Assembly: GCA_030390025.1 (NCBI GenBank)
Contig: CM059431.1
Location: forward strand, 110,982,001-111,046,000
Origin: Squalus acanthias
Taxonomy: Eukaryota
DNA: 64,000 nt
Direction of reading: 5' to 3'
In this document: positions 35,639 through 49,459 of the stretch, piece by piece
Numbering within the stretch: position 1 is the first letter of the stretch
Layout: each line of letters begins with the position of its first letter
Position numbers and translations under genes: made by a program
Notes under the pieces: model-generated
Seen by the model: the letters and a program-made list of their open reading frames with translations, nothing else
What the model was told of the DNA's origin: nothing
The model's database searches: none

Positions 35639-35768
35639 GGCTCCTGCTGCCAGTCTCTGCGAATAGTGAGGTCCACATTGCCAGAGGCAGCCAGGTGCAG
35701 TGTGCTGCTGACAGAAATAGCTTGCAGCAACCACAAGCCAAGGTCGAACTCAGCATCGTTTTGCCTAG
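35639..35768 (+). other. Candidate host exon (130 bp, GC donor)
   Basis: ccttctctttctgcccag acceptor and AG|GCAAGT donor; GC-richer than its flanks; product not recognised. Confidence 0.25.
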
Positions 35769-37509
35769 GCAAGTATTTTATGCGTAAAGAAAAAAAATAG
35801 CAATATATTTTTCAGTAGAACCATCTGTTTATTCCTTTTGGCAATAAGGGAGGTTCATGGAACAATCAGTACAATATTAATCCTTTCATCAGCTAACACT
35901 TCGATAATGAAATATGCTTATTTTGAAATTTTCTCTCCGTGTCTTTTTCTCCCACCTTCCTATCTTTGCTGGTTATAGTACTGAAGGGTATCCAAGCACA
36001 GTCTTGCTCAAAAAAAGCCCATGGATAAATGTAACTCAAATATTTATTTCTTGTCGTTTCCGCCAGCTTGTTTTAACCCGTGACGATTCCCAGATCAGTG
36101 CTGTCAGCTGTTCGCTGAGCTACCCATCTATCTGATATTCTGTATCCAACTGTCACTGAAATCTATAGAGATTTCATCCTGTCTATTTGACAGAACTGAA
36201 TACCGCTGGGTGAATATTCATTAAAAATGTATTCTGTTTCCTTTGACCAAGGCTGACAATGTATCTGCAATCTACTGATCTGATTAGTTGTGCCAGGAGC
36301 AAAATTGTTGGGTTAATGAGGCTGTTGGATTAATCAGATGCATTTTTGATTCAGATTAGATAGTACAGATTCTATAGACGTGATATGCATTTAGTGGAAG
36401 TGAATCTCGATAATAAAATTTCCGCTACTCAGGGTTTTCTGAATATATGTTTGTTTAGCCACATTATTGCATTTGTCCTCATACTGTGCTGTATATAAAG
36501 TATTCTAAGGAGTCCCATTGTAGTCCTGCAGCAATACTATTGTAGTACTGCCAGATTTGTACTCCAAGGAACTATAAAGCAGTATTATTAAATACTTTGC
36601 TGTATGTAAATGCCATAAAATTAAACCTAAAACATTTAAACAGTGCCCCAAAAATTTATCAAGCACCTATACTGTCAGAAAGCTCTGTAGAATGTACTAG
36701 TTCTGTATGATACTACACCACCTTGTCATAAAACTGTGGTACACACGAATACTCTATATCATCATTCTGGAATGCATAAAATAGTTGATCTCATACTTGT
36801 TCAATTAGTAGTAAATCTGCTTATTACATCAGTTACTACCAAAATCTTATTTGAATAACATGAATCTATGTCGCAAACATGTTTAACTAACGTTCAAAGT
36901 GGACTGGAGGGAGGGAATAATACACTCCAGGCAATATTGTTCACAACTATTTAAAATGCTCAAATTTAATTGTATCTTATTGACTTAATAAGGTTAGATT
37001 TTAGTAGCTCAGTCAAGTTAATGTACCTTTCCTTTCTTTGAAGGTACAGACATATTTTTTCTAGTTATTTTTCCCTGTCATTTCCCCCACCGCCCCCCGC
37101 CCCCCCACCCCCGCCCCCGCCCCCGCCATCTCCAGGCTACAAATCAACTGTGACCAAGAAGGAAGACAAGTGACCTCTTCCAGTGCCACTGTGGGCGAGC
37201 TGCTACCTGTGTGTGTGATTTGGTTTCTTGTTGATGCTCAATTGCCTTGTCGGGTCATGATAATTCATTTAAAAGGGCATCACTGTCCTTGAAAAATGTT
37301 TGGCAATATTTTCGGTAGAGATTACTACATGTAACATGAATGACGTCATCTACAATGTGACATTGGTTGTATCATCAAGTGCATCTCTGAAAAATGAAAA
37401 CAATTATTTTTTTAAGATCTCCGAACACATTTGTCCCTCAAACAGTGCAAAACACTGCAGCATTAATTTCCCAGTGGTCAGTATAATGAGGTATTATGAA
37501 ACCAGGGAC

Positions 37510-37896
37510 ACAGAATCATAGAATGATACAGCATAGAAGGAGGTCATTCGGCGCATTGTGCCTGTGCTGGCTCTTTGAAAGAGCTATCCAATTGGTCCCA
37601 CTCCTCATAGCCCTGCAAATTTTTCTCCTTCAAGTATTTATCCAATTCCCTTTTGAAAAGTTATTGTTGAATCTGCTTCCACCACCCTATCAGGCAGTGC
37701 ATTCCAGATCATAACAACTCGCTGTGTAAAAAAAATGTTTCCTCATGTCACTTCTGGTTCTTTTGCCAATTACCTTAACTCTGTATCCTCTGGTTACCGA
37801 CCCTTCTGCCACTGGAAACAGTTTCTCCTTATTTACTCTATCAAAACCCTTCAGGATTTTGAACACGTCTATCAAATCTCCCCTTAACCTTCTCTG
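37510..37896 (-). mobile_element. CR1 3' end fragment
   Basis: QRRLRGDLIDVFKILKGFDRV..; agaatcatagaat tail. Confidence 0.85.
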
Positions 37897-38344
37897 CCCT
37901 TTGTTTTGTGGGTCTGGAAGAAGCAGACAACTGGGAAGAATAAGAATGATGGAAGGCATGTAGGTCTGCTGCTAATGACCAAAACAAGCAGCAATAATAA
38001 ACCACGTGATATCTTATAATGTGAAGAACCAGTTCCTGTGAGCAAAGGTAAGGTACAAGTGTTAGCCTGCCCTATTGTCAATGCTTGGATTGTCCTGACT
38101 AACTATTCCTCTTACACCATGATTATGCTGTATTTCAGCAGTGGTATTGGACCTGAAATTGATCCAGAGCCATATATCACACAGTCCAAATTATTACTGG
38201 TGTAAACATGACCTGTCACAGGGAATGATGTCATGCTGGCTCTGATCAGGATGGGTGCCAGAATAAGCTGCTGGTAAAGTTAACGCCAAAGCTCATTTCG
38301 ACTACTCAACAAGCAAGTCTATTTTCACTGCCTGCATCACCCCT

Positions 38345-41300
38345 ACCAGTCAACAATACACCTGTCAGTCACCATTAAACCTGTCAGTCACCAGGACAGC
38401 TGTCAGTCACCAATTCACGTCTCAGTTACCAATTCACCTGTCAGTCAGCATTAAACCTGTCAGTTACCAATTCTTCTTTCAGTCACCAGTAGACCTGTCA
38501 GTTACCAAATCACCTGTCAGTCACCAATACACCCATCAGTCATCAATACAAGTGTCAGTAACCAACACACCTGTCAGTCAGCAGGACAGCTGTCAGTCAT
38601 CAATACACCTGTCAGTCACCAGTACACCTGTCAGTCCCCAACACAACTGTCAGTCACCAGGACACCTGTCAGTCACCAGGACACCTGTCAGTCACCAATA
38701 CACCTGTCAGTCCCCAATACACCTGTCAGTCACCAGTACACCTGACAGTCACCAGGACACCTGTCAGTCATCAGGACACCTGTCAGTCACCAGAACACCT
38801 GTCAGTCCCCAATACATCTGTCAGTCCCCAACACACCTGTCAGTCACCAGGACACCTGTCAGTCAGCAGCACAGCTGTCAGTCACCAGAACACCTGTCAG
38901 TCCCCAACACACCTGTCAGTCACCAGGACACCTGTCAGTCACCAGGACACCTGTCAGTCACCAGGACATCAGTCAGTCACCAATATACCAGTCAGTCCGC
39001 AAAACACCTGTCAGTCACCAGAACACCTGTCAGTCACCAGTACACCTGACAGTCACCAGGACACCTGTCAGTCACCAGGACACCTGTCAGTCACCAGTAC
39101 ACCTGTCAGTCACCAATACATCTGTCAGTCACAAATGCACCTGTCAGTGACCAGTTCAACTGTCAGTCAACAGTACACCTTTCAGTCACCAATTCACCTG
39201 TCAGTTACCAAAACACCTGTTAGTCACCAATTCACCTGTCAGTTACCAAAACACCTGTCAGTCACCAATACACCTGTCAGTCACCAGAACACCTGTCAGT
39301 CCCCAACATACCTGTCAGTCACCAGAACACCTGTCAGTCACCAGTACACCTGTCAGTCACCAATACACCTGTCAGTCCCCAACACTCCTGTCAGTCACCA
39401 GTACACCTGTCAGTCAGCAATACACCTGTCAGTCACCAATACATCTGTCAGTCACCAGGACACCTGTCAGTCTACAGGACACCTGTCAGTCACCATTACA
39501 CCTGTCAGTCACCATTACACCTGTCAGTCACCAGTTCACCTGTCAGTATCCAGCACAACTTTCGGTCACCAACTCACCTGTCAGCCACCAGGTCACCTGT
39601 CAGTCACCAATTCACCTGCGAGTCACCAGTACACCTGTCAGTCCCCAACACTCCTGTCAGTCACCAGAACACCTGTCAGTCACCAGTATACCTGACAGTC
39701 ACCAGGACACCTGTCAGTCACCAGTACACCTGTCAGTCAGCAATACACCTGTCAGTCACCAATTCACCTGTGAGTCACCAGGACACCTGTCAGTCACCAA
39801 AACACCTGTCAGTCACCAATACACCTGTCCGTCACCAATTCACCTGTCCGTCAACAATTCACCTGTCCGTCACCAGTTAACCTGTCAGTCACCAGTACAC
39901 CTGTCAGTCATCAGGAGACCTGTTAGTCACCATTACAGCTGACAGTCACCAGTACACCTGTCAGTCACCAGTCAAACTTTCAGTCACCAATTCACCTGTC
40001 AGTCACCAGGACACCTGTCAGTCACCAGTACACCTGTCAGTCATCAGGACACCTGTCAGTCACCAGTACACCTCTAAGTCAGCAGTGCACCTGTCTGTCA
40101 CCAGGACACCTGTCAGTCACCAGGACACCTGTCAGTCACCAGTACACATTTCAGTCACAAATACACCTGTCTGTCAACAATTCACCTGTCAGTCACCAGG
40201 ACACCTGTCAATCACCAATACACCTGTCAGTCACAAGGACACTTATCAGTCACCGGTACACCTGTCAGTCACCGGTACACCTGTCAGTCACCAATACACC
40301 TGTCAGTCACAAGGACACTTATCAGTCACCGGTACACCTGTCAGTCACCAATACACCTGTCAGTCACCAATACACCTGTCAATCACCAGAACACCTGTCA
40401 GTCACCAGTACACCTGACAGTCACCAGGACACCTGTCAGTCACCAGGACACCTGTCAGTCACCAATATACCAGTAAGTCACCAGGACACCTGTAAGTCAT
40501 CAATACAACTATCAGTCACCAGTACACCTGTCAGCAACAATTATAACTGTCAGACAGCAGGGCAACTGGCTGTCACCAATACACCTGTCAGTCACCAATA
40601 CACCTGTCAGTCACCAATACACCTGTCAATCACCAGGACACCTGTCAGTCACCAATGCATCTGTCAGTCACCGGTACACCTGTCAGTCACCAGTACACCT
40701 TTCAGTCACCAATTAACCTGTCAGTCACCAGTGCACCTGTCAGTCATCAGGACAACTGTCAGTCACAAGTACACCTGTCAGTCACCAATACCCCTGTCAC
40801 TTAGCAACATACCTGTCAGTCACCTGTCCACCTGTCAGTCATCAGACACCTGTCAGTCATCATTACGGCTGCAATAACCAGGACACCTGTCAGTCAGCAA
40901 TGCACCTGTCAGTCACAAATGCACCTGTCAGTCACCAGTACCCCTATCAGTCACCAATTCACCTGTCAGTCACCAGGACAGCTGTCAGTCACCAAAACAC
41001 CTGCCAATCACCAGTACACCTGTCAGTCATCAGGACACCTGTCAGTCACCAGTACACCTGTCAGTCACCTATAACCCTGTCAGTCACCAGTACACCTCTA
41101 AGTCAGCAGTGCACCTGTCTGTCACCAGGACACCTGTCAGTCATCATTACGGCTGCAATAACCAGGACACCTGTCAGTCATAAATGCACCTGTCAGTCAC
41201 AAATGCACCTGTCAGCCACCAGGACAGCTGTCAGTCACCAAAACACCTGCCAATCACCAGTACATCTGTCAATCAACAGTACACCTGTCAGTCACCATGA

Positions 41301-44300
41301 CACCTGTCAGTCACCGATTCACCTGTCAGTCACCAGTAGACCTGTTATTCATCAGGACACCTGTCAGTCATGAGTACCCCTGTCAGTCACCAATGCACCT
41401 GTCAATCACCAGTACACCTGTCAGTTATCAGGACACCTGTCTGTCACCAGTGCACAAGTCGCTCACCTATACCCCTGTCAGTCACCAGTACACCTTTCAG
41501 TCACCAATGCAGCTGTCAGTCACCAATTGACCTGTCAGTCGCCAGTACACCTGTCAGTGACCAGTACACTTGTCAATCACCAGGACACCTGTCAGTCATA
41601 AATACACCTGTCTGTCACCAGGTCATCTGTCCGTCACCAGTACACCTTTCAGTCAACAATTCTCCTGTCAGTCATCAGGACACCGGTCTGTCACCAATAC
41701 ACCTGTCCGTCAACAATTCACCTGTCCGTCACCAGTTAACCTGTCAGTCACCAGTACACCTGTCAGTCATCAGGAGACCTGTCAGTCACCATTACAGCTG
41801 ACAGTCACCAGTACACCTCTCAGTCACCAATTCACCTGTCAGTCATCAGGACACCTGTCAATCACCAATACACCTGTCAGTCACAAGTTCACCTGTCAGT
41901 CGCCAATACAGCTGTCCTTCACCAGGAGACTGGTCTGTCACCAGTAAGCCTGTCTGTCACCAATACACCTGTCAGTCACCAGTACACCTTTCAGTCAACA
42001 ATTCACCTGTCAGTCACCAGGACACCTGTCAATCACCAGTACACCTGTCAGTCATCAGTGAACCTGTCAGTCATCAGGACACCTGTCAGTCACCAGGACA
42101 CCTGTCAGTTATCATTACAGATGTCAGTCACCAGTATACTTGTCATTCACCAATGCACCTGTCTGTCACAAATTCAACTGTCAGTCACCAGTACACTTGT
42201 CAGTCACATTTACACCTGTCAGTCACCAGTACTCCTGTCAGTCATCAATACACCTGTCAATCACCAGCACACCTGCCAGTCACCAATTCACCGGTCAGTC
42301 ACAAATGCACCTGTCAGTCACCAGTACACCTGTCAGTCACCGGTAAAAGTTTCAGTCACCAATTCACCTGTCAGTCACCAGGACACCTGTCAGTCACCAG
42401 TACATCTGTCAGTCATCAGGACACCTGTCAGTCACCTATAACCCTGTCAGTCACCAGTACACCTGTCAGTCACCAATACACCTTTTAGTCACCAGTACAC
42501 CTCTAAGTCATCAATGCACCTGTCAGACACCAATTCACCTGTCTGTCACCAGGGCACCTGTCAGTCACCAATACACCTTTTAGTCACCAGTACACCTCTA
42601 AGTCAACAATTCACCTGTCACTCACCAGGACACCCGTCAGTCACCAATACACCTGTCAGTCACAAGGACACTTGTCAGTCACCGGTACACCTGTCAGTCA
42701 CCAATACACCTGTCAGTCACAAATGCACCTGTCAGTCACCAGTACACTTGTCAGTCACATTTACACCTGTCAGACACCAGTACTCCTATCAGTCATCAAT
42801 ACACCTATCAATTGACCAGCACACCTGTCATTCAAAAATGCACCGGTCAGTCACAAATGCACCTGTCAATCACCAGTACACCTGTCAGTCACCAGTCAAA
42901 CTTTCAGTCACCAATTCACCTGTCAGTCACCAGGACACCTGTCAGTCACCAGTACACCTGTCAGTCATCAGGACACCTGTCAGTCACCAGTACACCTCTA
43001 AGTCAGCAGTGCACCTGTCTGTCACCAGGACACCTGTCAGTCACCAGTACACATTTCAGTCACAAATACACCTGTCTGTCAACAATTCACCTGTCAGTCA
43101 CCAGGACACCTGTCAATCACCAATACACCTGTCAGTCACAAGGACACTTATCAGTCACCGGTACACCTGTCAGTCACCAATACACCTGTCAGTCACAAGG
43201 ACACTTATCAGTCACCGGTACACCTGTCAGTCACCAATACACCTGTCAGTCACCAATACACCTGTCAATCACCAGGACACCTGTCAGTCACCAATGCATC
43301 TGTCAGTCACCGTACACCTGTCAGTCACCAGTACACCTTTCAGTCACCAATTAACCTGTCAGTCACCAGTGCACCTGTCAGTCATCAGGACAACTGTCAG
43401 TCACAAGTACACCTGTCAGTCACCAATACCCCTGTCACTTAGCAACATACCTGTCAGTCACCTGTCCACCTGTCAGTCATCAGACACCTGTCAGTCATCA
43501 TTACGGCTGCAATAACCAGGACACCTGTCAGTCAGCAATGCACCTGTCAGTCACAAATGCACCTGTCAGTCACCAGTACCCCTATCAGTCACCAATTCAC
43601 CTGTCAGTCACCAGGACAGCTGTCAGTCACCAAAACACCTGCCAATCACCAGTACACCTGTCAGTCATCAGGACACCTGTCAGTCACCAGTACACCTGTC
43701 AGTCACCTATAACCCTGTCAGTCACCAGTACACCTCTAAGTCAGCAGTGCACCTGTCTGTCACCAGGACACCTGTCAGTCATCATTACGGCTGCAATAAC
43801 CAGGACACCTGTCAGTCATAAATGCACCTGTCAGTCACAAATGCACCTGTCAGCCACCAGGACAGCTGTCAGTCACCAAAACACCTGCCAATCACCAGTA
43901 CATCTGTCAATCAACAGTACACCTGTCAGTCACCATGACACCTGTCAGTCACCGATTCACCTGTCAGTCACCAGTAGACCTGTTATTCATCAGGACACCT
44001 GTCAGTCATGAGTACCCCTGTCAGTCACCAATGCACCTGTCAATCACCAGTGCACCTGTCAGTTATCAGGACACCTGTCTGTCACCAGTGCACAATTCGC
44101 TCACCTATACCCCTGTCAGTCACCAGTACACCTTTCAGTCACCAATGCAGCTGTCAGTCACCAATTGACCTGTCAGTCGCCAGTACACCTGTCAGTGACC
44201 AGTACACTTGTCAATCACCAGGACACCTGTCAGTCATAAATACACCTGTCTGTCACCAGGTCATCTGTCAGTCACCAGTACACCTTTCAGTCAACAATTC

Positions 44301-47300
44301 TCCTGTCAGTCATCAGGACACCGGTCTGTCACCAATACACCTGTACGTCAACAATTTACCTGTCCGTCACCAGTTAACCTGTCAGTCACCAGTACACCTG
44401 TCAGTCATCAGGAGACCTGTCAGTCACCATTACAGCTGACAGTCACCAGTACACCTCTCAGTCACCAATTCACCTGTCAGTCATCAGGACACCTGTCAAT
44501 CACCAATACACCTGTCAGTCACAAGTTCACCTGTCAGTCGCCAATACAGCTGTCCTTCACCAGGAGACTGGTCTGTCACCAGTAAGCCTGTCTGTCACCA
44601 ATACACCTGTCAGTCACCAGTACACCTTTCAGTCAACAATTCACCTGTCAGTCACCAGGACACCTGTCAATCACCAGTACACTTGTCAGTCAGCAATTCA
44701 CCTGTCAGTCATCAGTGAACCTGTCAGTCACCAGGACACCTGTCAATCACCAGTACACCTGTCAGTCATCAGTGAACCTGTCAGTCATCAGGACACCTGT
44801 CAGTCACCAGGACACCTGTCAGTTATCATTACAGATGTCAGTCACCAGTATACTTGTCATTCACCAATGCACCTGTCTGTCACAAATTCAACTGTCAGTC
44901 ACCAGTACACTTGTCAGTCACATTTACACCTGTCAGTCACCAGTACTCCTGTCAGTCATCAATACACCTGTCAATCACCAGCACACCTGCCAGTCACCAA
45001 TTCACCGGTCAGTCACAAATGCACCTGTCAGTCACCAGTACACCTGTCAGTCACCGGTAAAAGTTTCAGTCACCAATTCACCTGTCAGTCACCAGGACAC
45101 CTGTCAGTCACCAGTACATCTGTCAGTCATCAGGACACCTGTCAGTCACCTATAACCCTGTCAGTCACCAGTACACCTGTCAGTCACCAATACACCTTTT
45201 AGTCACCAGTACACCTCTAAGTCATCAATGCACCTGTCAGACACCAATTCACCTGTCTGTCACCAGGGCACCTGTCAGTCACCAATACACCTTTTAGTCA
45301 CCAGTACACCTCTAAGTCAACAATTCACCTGTCACTCACCAGGACACCTGTCAATAACCAATACACCGGTCAGTCACAAGGACACTTGTCAGTCACCAAT
45401 ACACCTGTCAGTCACAAATGCACCTGTCAGTCACCAGTACACTTGTCAGTCACATTTACACCTGTCAGACACCAGTACTCCTATCAGTCATCAATACACC
45501 TATCAATTGACCAGCACACCTGTCATTCAAAAATGCACCGGTCAGTCACAAATGCACCTGTCAATCACCAGTACACCTGTCAGTCACCAGTCAAACTTTC
45601 AGTCACCAATTCACCTGTCAGTCACCAGGACACCTGTCAGTCACCAGTACACCTGTCAGTCATCAGGACACCTGTCAGTCACCAGTACACCTCTAAGTCA
45701 GCAGTGCACCTGTCTGTCACCAGGACACCTGTCAGTCACCAGTACACCTGTCTGTCAACAATTCACCAGTCAGTCACCAGGACACCTGTCAATCACCAAT
45801 ACACCTGTCAGTCACAAGGACACTTATCAGTCACCGGTACACCTGTCAGTCACCAATACACCTGTCAGTCACAAGGACACTTATCAGTCACCGGTACACC
45901 TGTCAGTCACCAATACACCTGTCAGTCACCAATACACCTGTCAATCACCAGGACACATGTCAGTCACCAATGCATCTGTCAGTCACCGGTACACCTGTCA
46001 GTCACCAGTACACCTTTCAGTCACCAATTAACCTGTCAGTCACCAGGACAGCTGTCAGTCACCAAAACACCTGCCAATCACCAGTACACCTGTCAGTCAT
46101 CAGGACACCTGTCAGTCACCAGTACACCTGTCAGTCACCTATAACCCTGTCAGTCACCAGTACACCTCTAAGTCAGCAGTGCACCTGTCTGTCACCAGGA
46201 CACCTGTCAGTCATCATTACGGCTGCAATAACCAGGACACCTGTCAGTCATAAATGCACCTGTCAGCCACCAGGACAGCTGTCAGTCACCAAAACACCTG
46301 CCAATCACCAGTACATCTGTCAATCAACAGTACACCTGTCAGTCACCATGACACCTGTCAGTCACCGATTCACCTGTCAGTCACCAGTAGACCTGTTATT
46401 CATCAGGACACCTGTCAGTCATGAGTACCCCTGTCAGTCACCAATGCACCTGTCAATCACCAGTGCACCTGTCAGTTATCAGGACACCTGTCTGTCACCA
46501 GTGCACAAGTCGCTCACCTATACCCCTGTCAGTCACCAGTACACCTTTCAGTCACCAATGCAGCTGTCAGTCACCAATTGACCTGTCAGTCGCCAGTACA
46601 CCTGTCAGTGACCAGTACACTTGTCAATCACCAGGACACCTGTCAGTCATAAATACACCTGTCTGTCACCAGGTCATCTGTCAGTCACCAGTACACCTTT
46701 CAGTCAACAATTCTCCTGTCAGTCATCAGGACACCGGTCTGTCACCAGTACACCTGTCTGTCACGAGGACATATGTCTGTCACCAATTCACCTGACAGTC
46801 ACCAGTAGACCTGACATTCATCAGGACACCTGTCAGTCACCAGTGCACCTTTCAGTCAACAATTCAGCTGTCAGTCACCAGGGCACCTGTCAGTCACCAG
46901 TACACCTCTCAGTCACCAATTCACCTGTCAGTCATCAGGACACCTGTCAATCACCAATACACCTGTCAGTCACAAGTTCACCTGTCAGTCGCCAATACAG
47001 CTGTCCTTCACCAGGACACCGGTCTGTCACTAGTACACCTGTCTGTCACGAGGACATATGTCTGTCACCAATTCACCTGACAGTCACCAGTAGACCTGAC
47101 ATTCATCAGGACACCTGTCAGTCACCAGTACACCTGTCAGTCACCAGTACACCTGTCAGTCACCAATTCACCTGTCAGTCACCAGGACACCTGTCAATCA
47201 CCAGTACACCTGTCAGTCAGCAATTCACCTGTCAGTCATCAGGACACCTGTCAATAACCAATACACCTGTCAGTCTCCAGTTCACCTGCCAGTCAGCAGT

Positions 47301-47375
47301 GAACCTGTCAGTCATCAGGACACCTGTCAGTCACCAGGACACCTGTCAGTTATCATTACAGATGTCAGTCACCAG
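38345..47375 (+). repeat. 19-bp satellite array (consensus CACCTGTCAGTCACCA[G/A][T/G]A) with a higher-order repeat
   Basis: Hundreds of 19-nt units; variant blocks recur at offsets of 2638, 2714 and 2413 bp. Confidence 0.98.
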
Positions 47376-49030
47376 TGTAAAATTCGCAATTATCGCGATT
47401 CGAAATAACGAGATAAAGCAGATTCGTTTCATCAGTTTTATTTCAACGAAATGCTGTCATGATTAAACAGGACACAGAAGCCTGTAAAATGGCTGCCGCG
47501 CCTCGTGGCAGAAGCTTCCAGAATTTTCAGTTGGCAGACAAAATGGCGTTCGAATAAACATTTCAGTATAAGATTGGTTAATACGCAGCAAATACTGATA
47601 AATACAGGATGCAACCTGTCTGCATTCGACACAATAGCGAGAGATATAAGTGCTGGAATCATTTTCCATGCACAAGTAAGGACCATTGTACTGGGCAATC
47701 GAAGGCCCATCCAGATACATCAATACGCAAATTCCCCACGGCTCTACAATGAGAGAGCCATTTTCGGGTGATTAAGTCAGTATTCGAGGAGGCCCCAAAA
47801 CCAGTCAGGGAGACTCCTAGCCGGTTCGACAATGGGGAAAACATTAACGGATAGTTGGCCAGTTTAAGGTGCTACCGAAACCCATTACAAACAAGAATCA
47901 CCCCATACTGGGAATTCTGAGCGCCAAGATTTTACAAAGGATGAACATTAAGATTGGGCGGGAGATAAGGGAACACAGCACTATAACTATAGTGAACAAA
48001 CGTCCATCGCGCTCTTATTCCTCTGATCCTCCCGGGGCTGATTCGTTTGAACTGACTCTGGACGCGGGCTGAACTTTTATTCTCCTATGTTGGGTGGAGC
48101 TCAATTTGGAGCGAGCCGCCTCAACGAAGGCCAGTGACCGGGTGCACCATCCCGAGGGTCGGTAAACGGTGTTCTGGACCCGAAGGCCCGACGAGACGAG
48201 ATGAGAAGAGAAGAAGAAGAATCCACGTGCCACCGCGGTCAGTAAACCCCGACCGCGCCCGTAAATATAAAGACCATTTTTGAACTCTATCAGGTTGCTG
48301 CCGAACCAGTGGAAGACTCTCTTTCGAATTCTATCGACAACCGGTGTCAATACAGGAAGACTCTTCTTTGAATTTTTCCGGCTAACTGGTGTCGGTCCAG
48401 AAAGACTTCTCTTTGAGTTCTACAGCCGGGCCCGAGCACTGTCGAGTTCTTCATGACAACGGGGAGCCCAGCCTGCTTGTCGCAGCAGCGAAGATAAACA
48501 AGTGGGGTACAGAGACCCCTTCCAACACGTGACAGTCAGGTGTTGCAGCGAAACAAGCCGAGTGCCTCGTTTAAAATTCTCCGAAGTATCACGAGTGGTG
48601 AGCATGTTTCCCGATCCTACAAATCTAGATTAGTGTAGGTATTGATAGGGGAGGGTAGTTTTATTAAGGATAAATATAATGTGTTCCCCTTTTTACGATG
48701 TGCCGTGCGTTCCTCATTACCCCAGACCAAGTTTTATGAATGTATGTATACTTGTACTGTCATTAATTTGTGCCTATGACATGTACTTCATGATTTTGGA
48801 TGCTATGCAATAAAGATTTCCATTTCGTACTATTCAACCGAGTCTATTTGAGTTTTTCTCTGCATTACTGCTCTCACACCTAAGTCCAGTGTTAGAACCG
48901 TAAGGGCGAGTGGGTCGAACCACTCACAGGTGCTTATTGCAACAAGGCTGGCCGGAGACCAGAGAAAGCAATAGTATTAGGCAACGAAGGCCTAACCCCG
49001 CACAAGCACCCTGAACCAAAACCCCTTACA
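47376..49030 (+). mobile_element. Solo LTR, 1655 bp, inserted in the satellite
   Basis: TGTAA...TTACA termini and 4-bp TSD CCAG (47372-47375 / 49031-49034). The empty site is visible in paralogous units (~42121, ~44835). TATAAA at 48266 and AATAAA at 48809. Confidence 0.9.
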
Positions 49031-49459
49031 CCAGTACACTTGTCATTCACCAATGCACCTGTCAGTCACCAGTACACTTGTCAGTCACATTTACACCTGT
49101 CAGTCACCAGTACTCCTGTCAGTCATCAATACACCGGTCAGTCACAAATGCACCTGTCAGTCACCAGTACACCTGTCAGTCACCAGTAAAAGCTTCAGTC
49201 ACCAGTACATCTGTCAGTCATCAGGACACCTGTCAGTCACCAGTACACCTGTCAGTCACCTATAAACCTGTCAGTCACCAGTACACCTGTCAGTCACCAG
49301 TACACCTGTCAGACACCAATTCACCTGTCTGTCACCAGGGCACCTGTCAGTCACCAATACACCTTTTAGTCACCAGTACACCTCTAAGTCATCAATGCAC
49401 CTGTCAGTCACCAGGACACCTGTCAGTCACCAGTACACCTTTCAGTCACCGATACACCT
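49031..49459 (+). repeat. 19-bp satellite
   Basis: Same unit as 38345-47375. Confidence 0.97.

Noticed and set aside
37084..37127. C-rich tract (potential G-quadruplex on the minus strand)
   Set aside because: Isolated low-complexity run without supporting context.
38345..47375. CRISPR-like array
   Set aside because: The monomers are head-to-tail with no unique spacers, there are no cas genes, and the context is eukaryotic.
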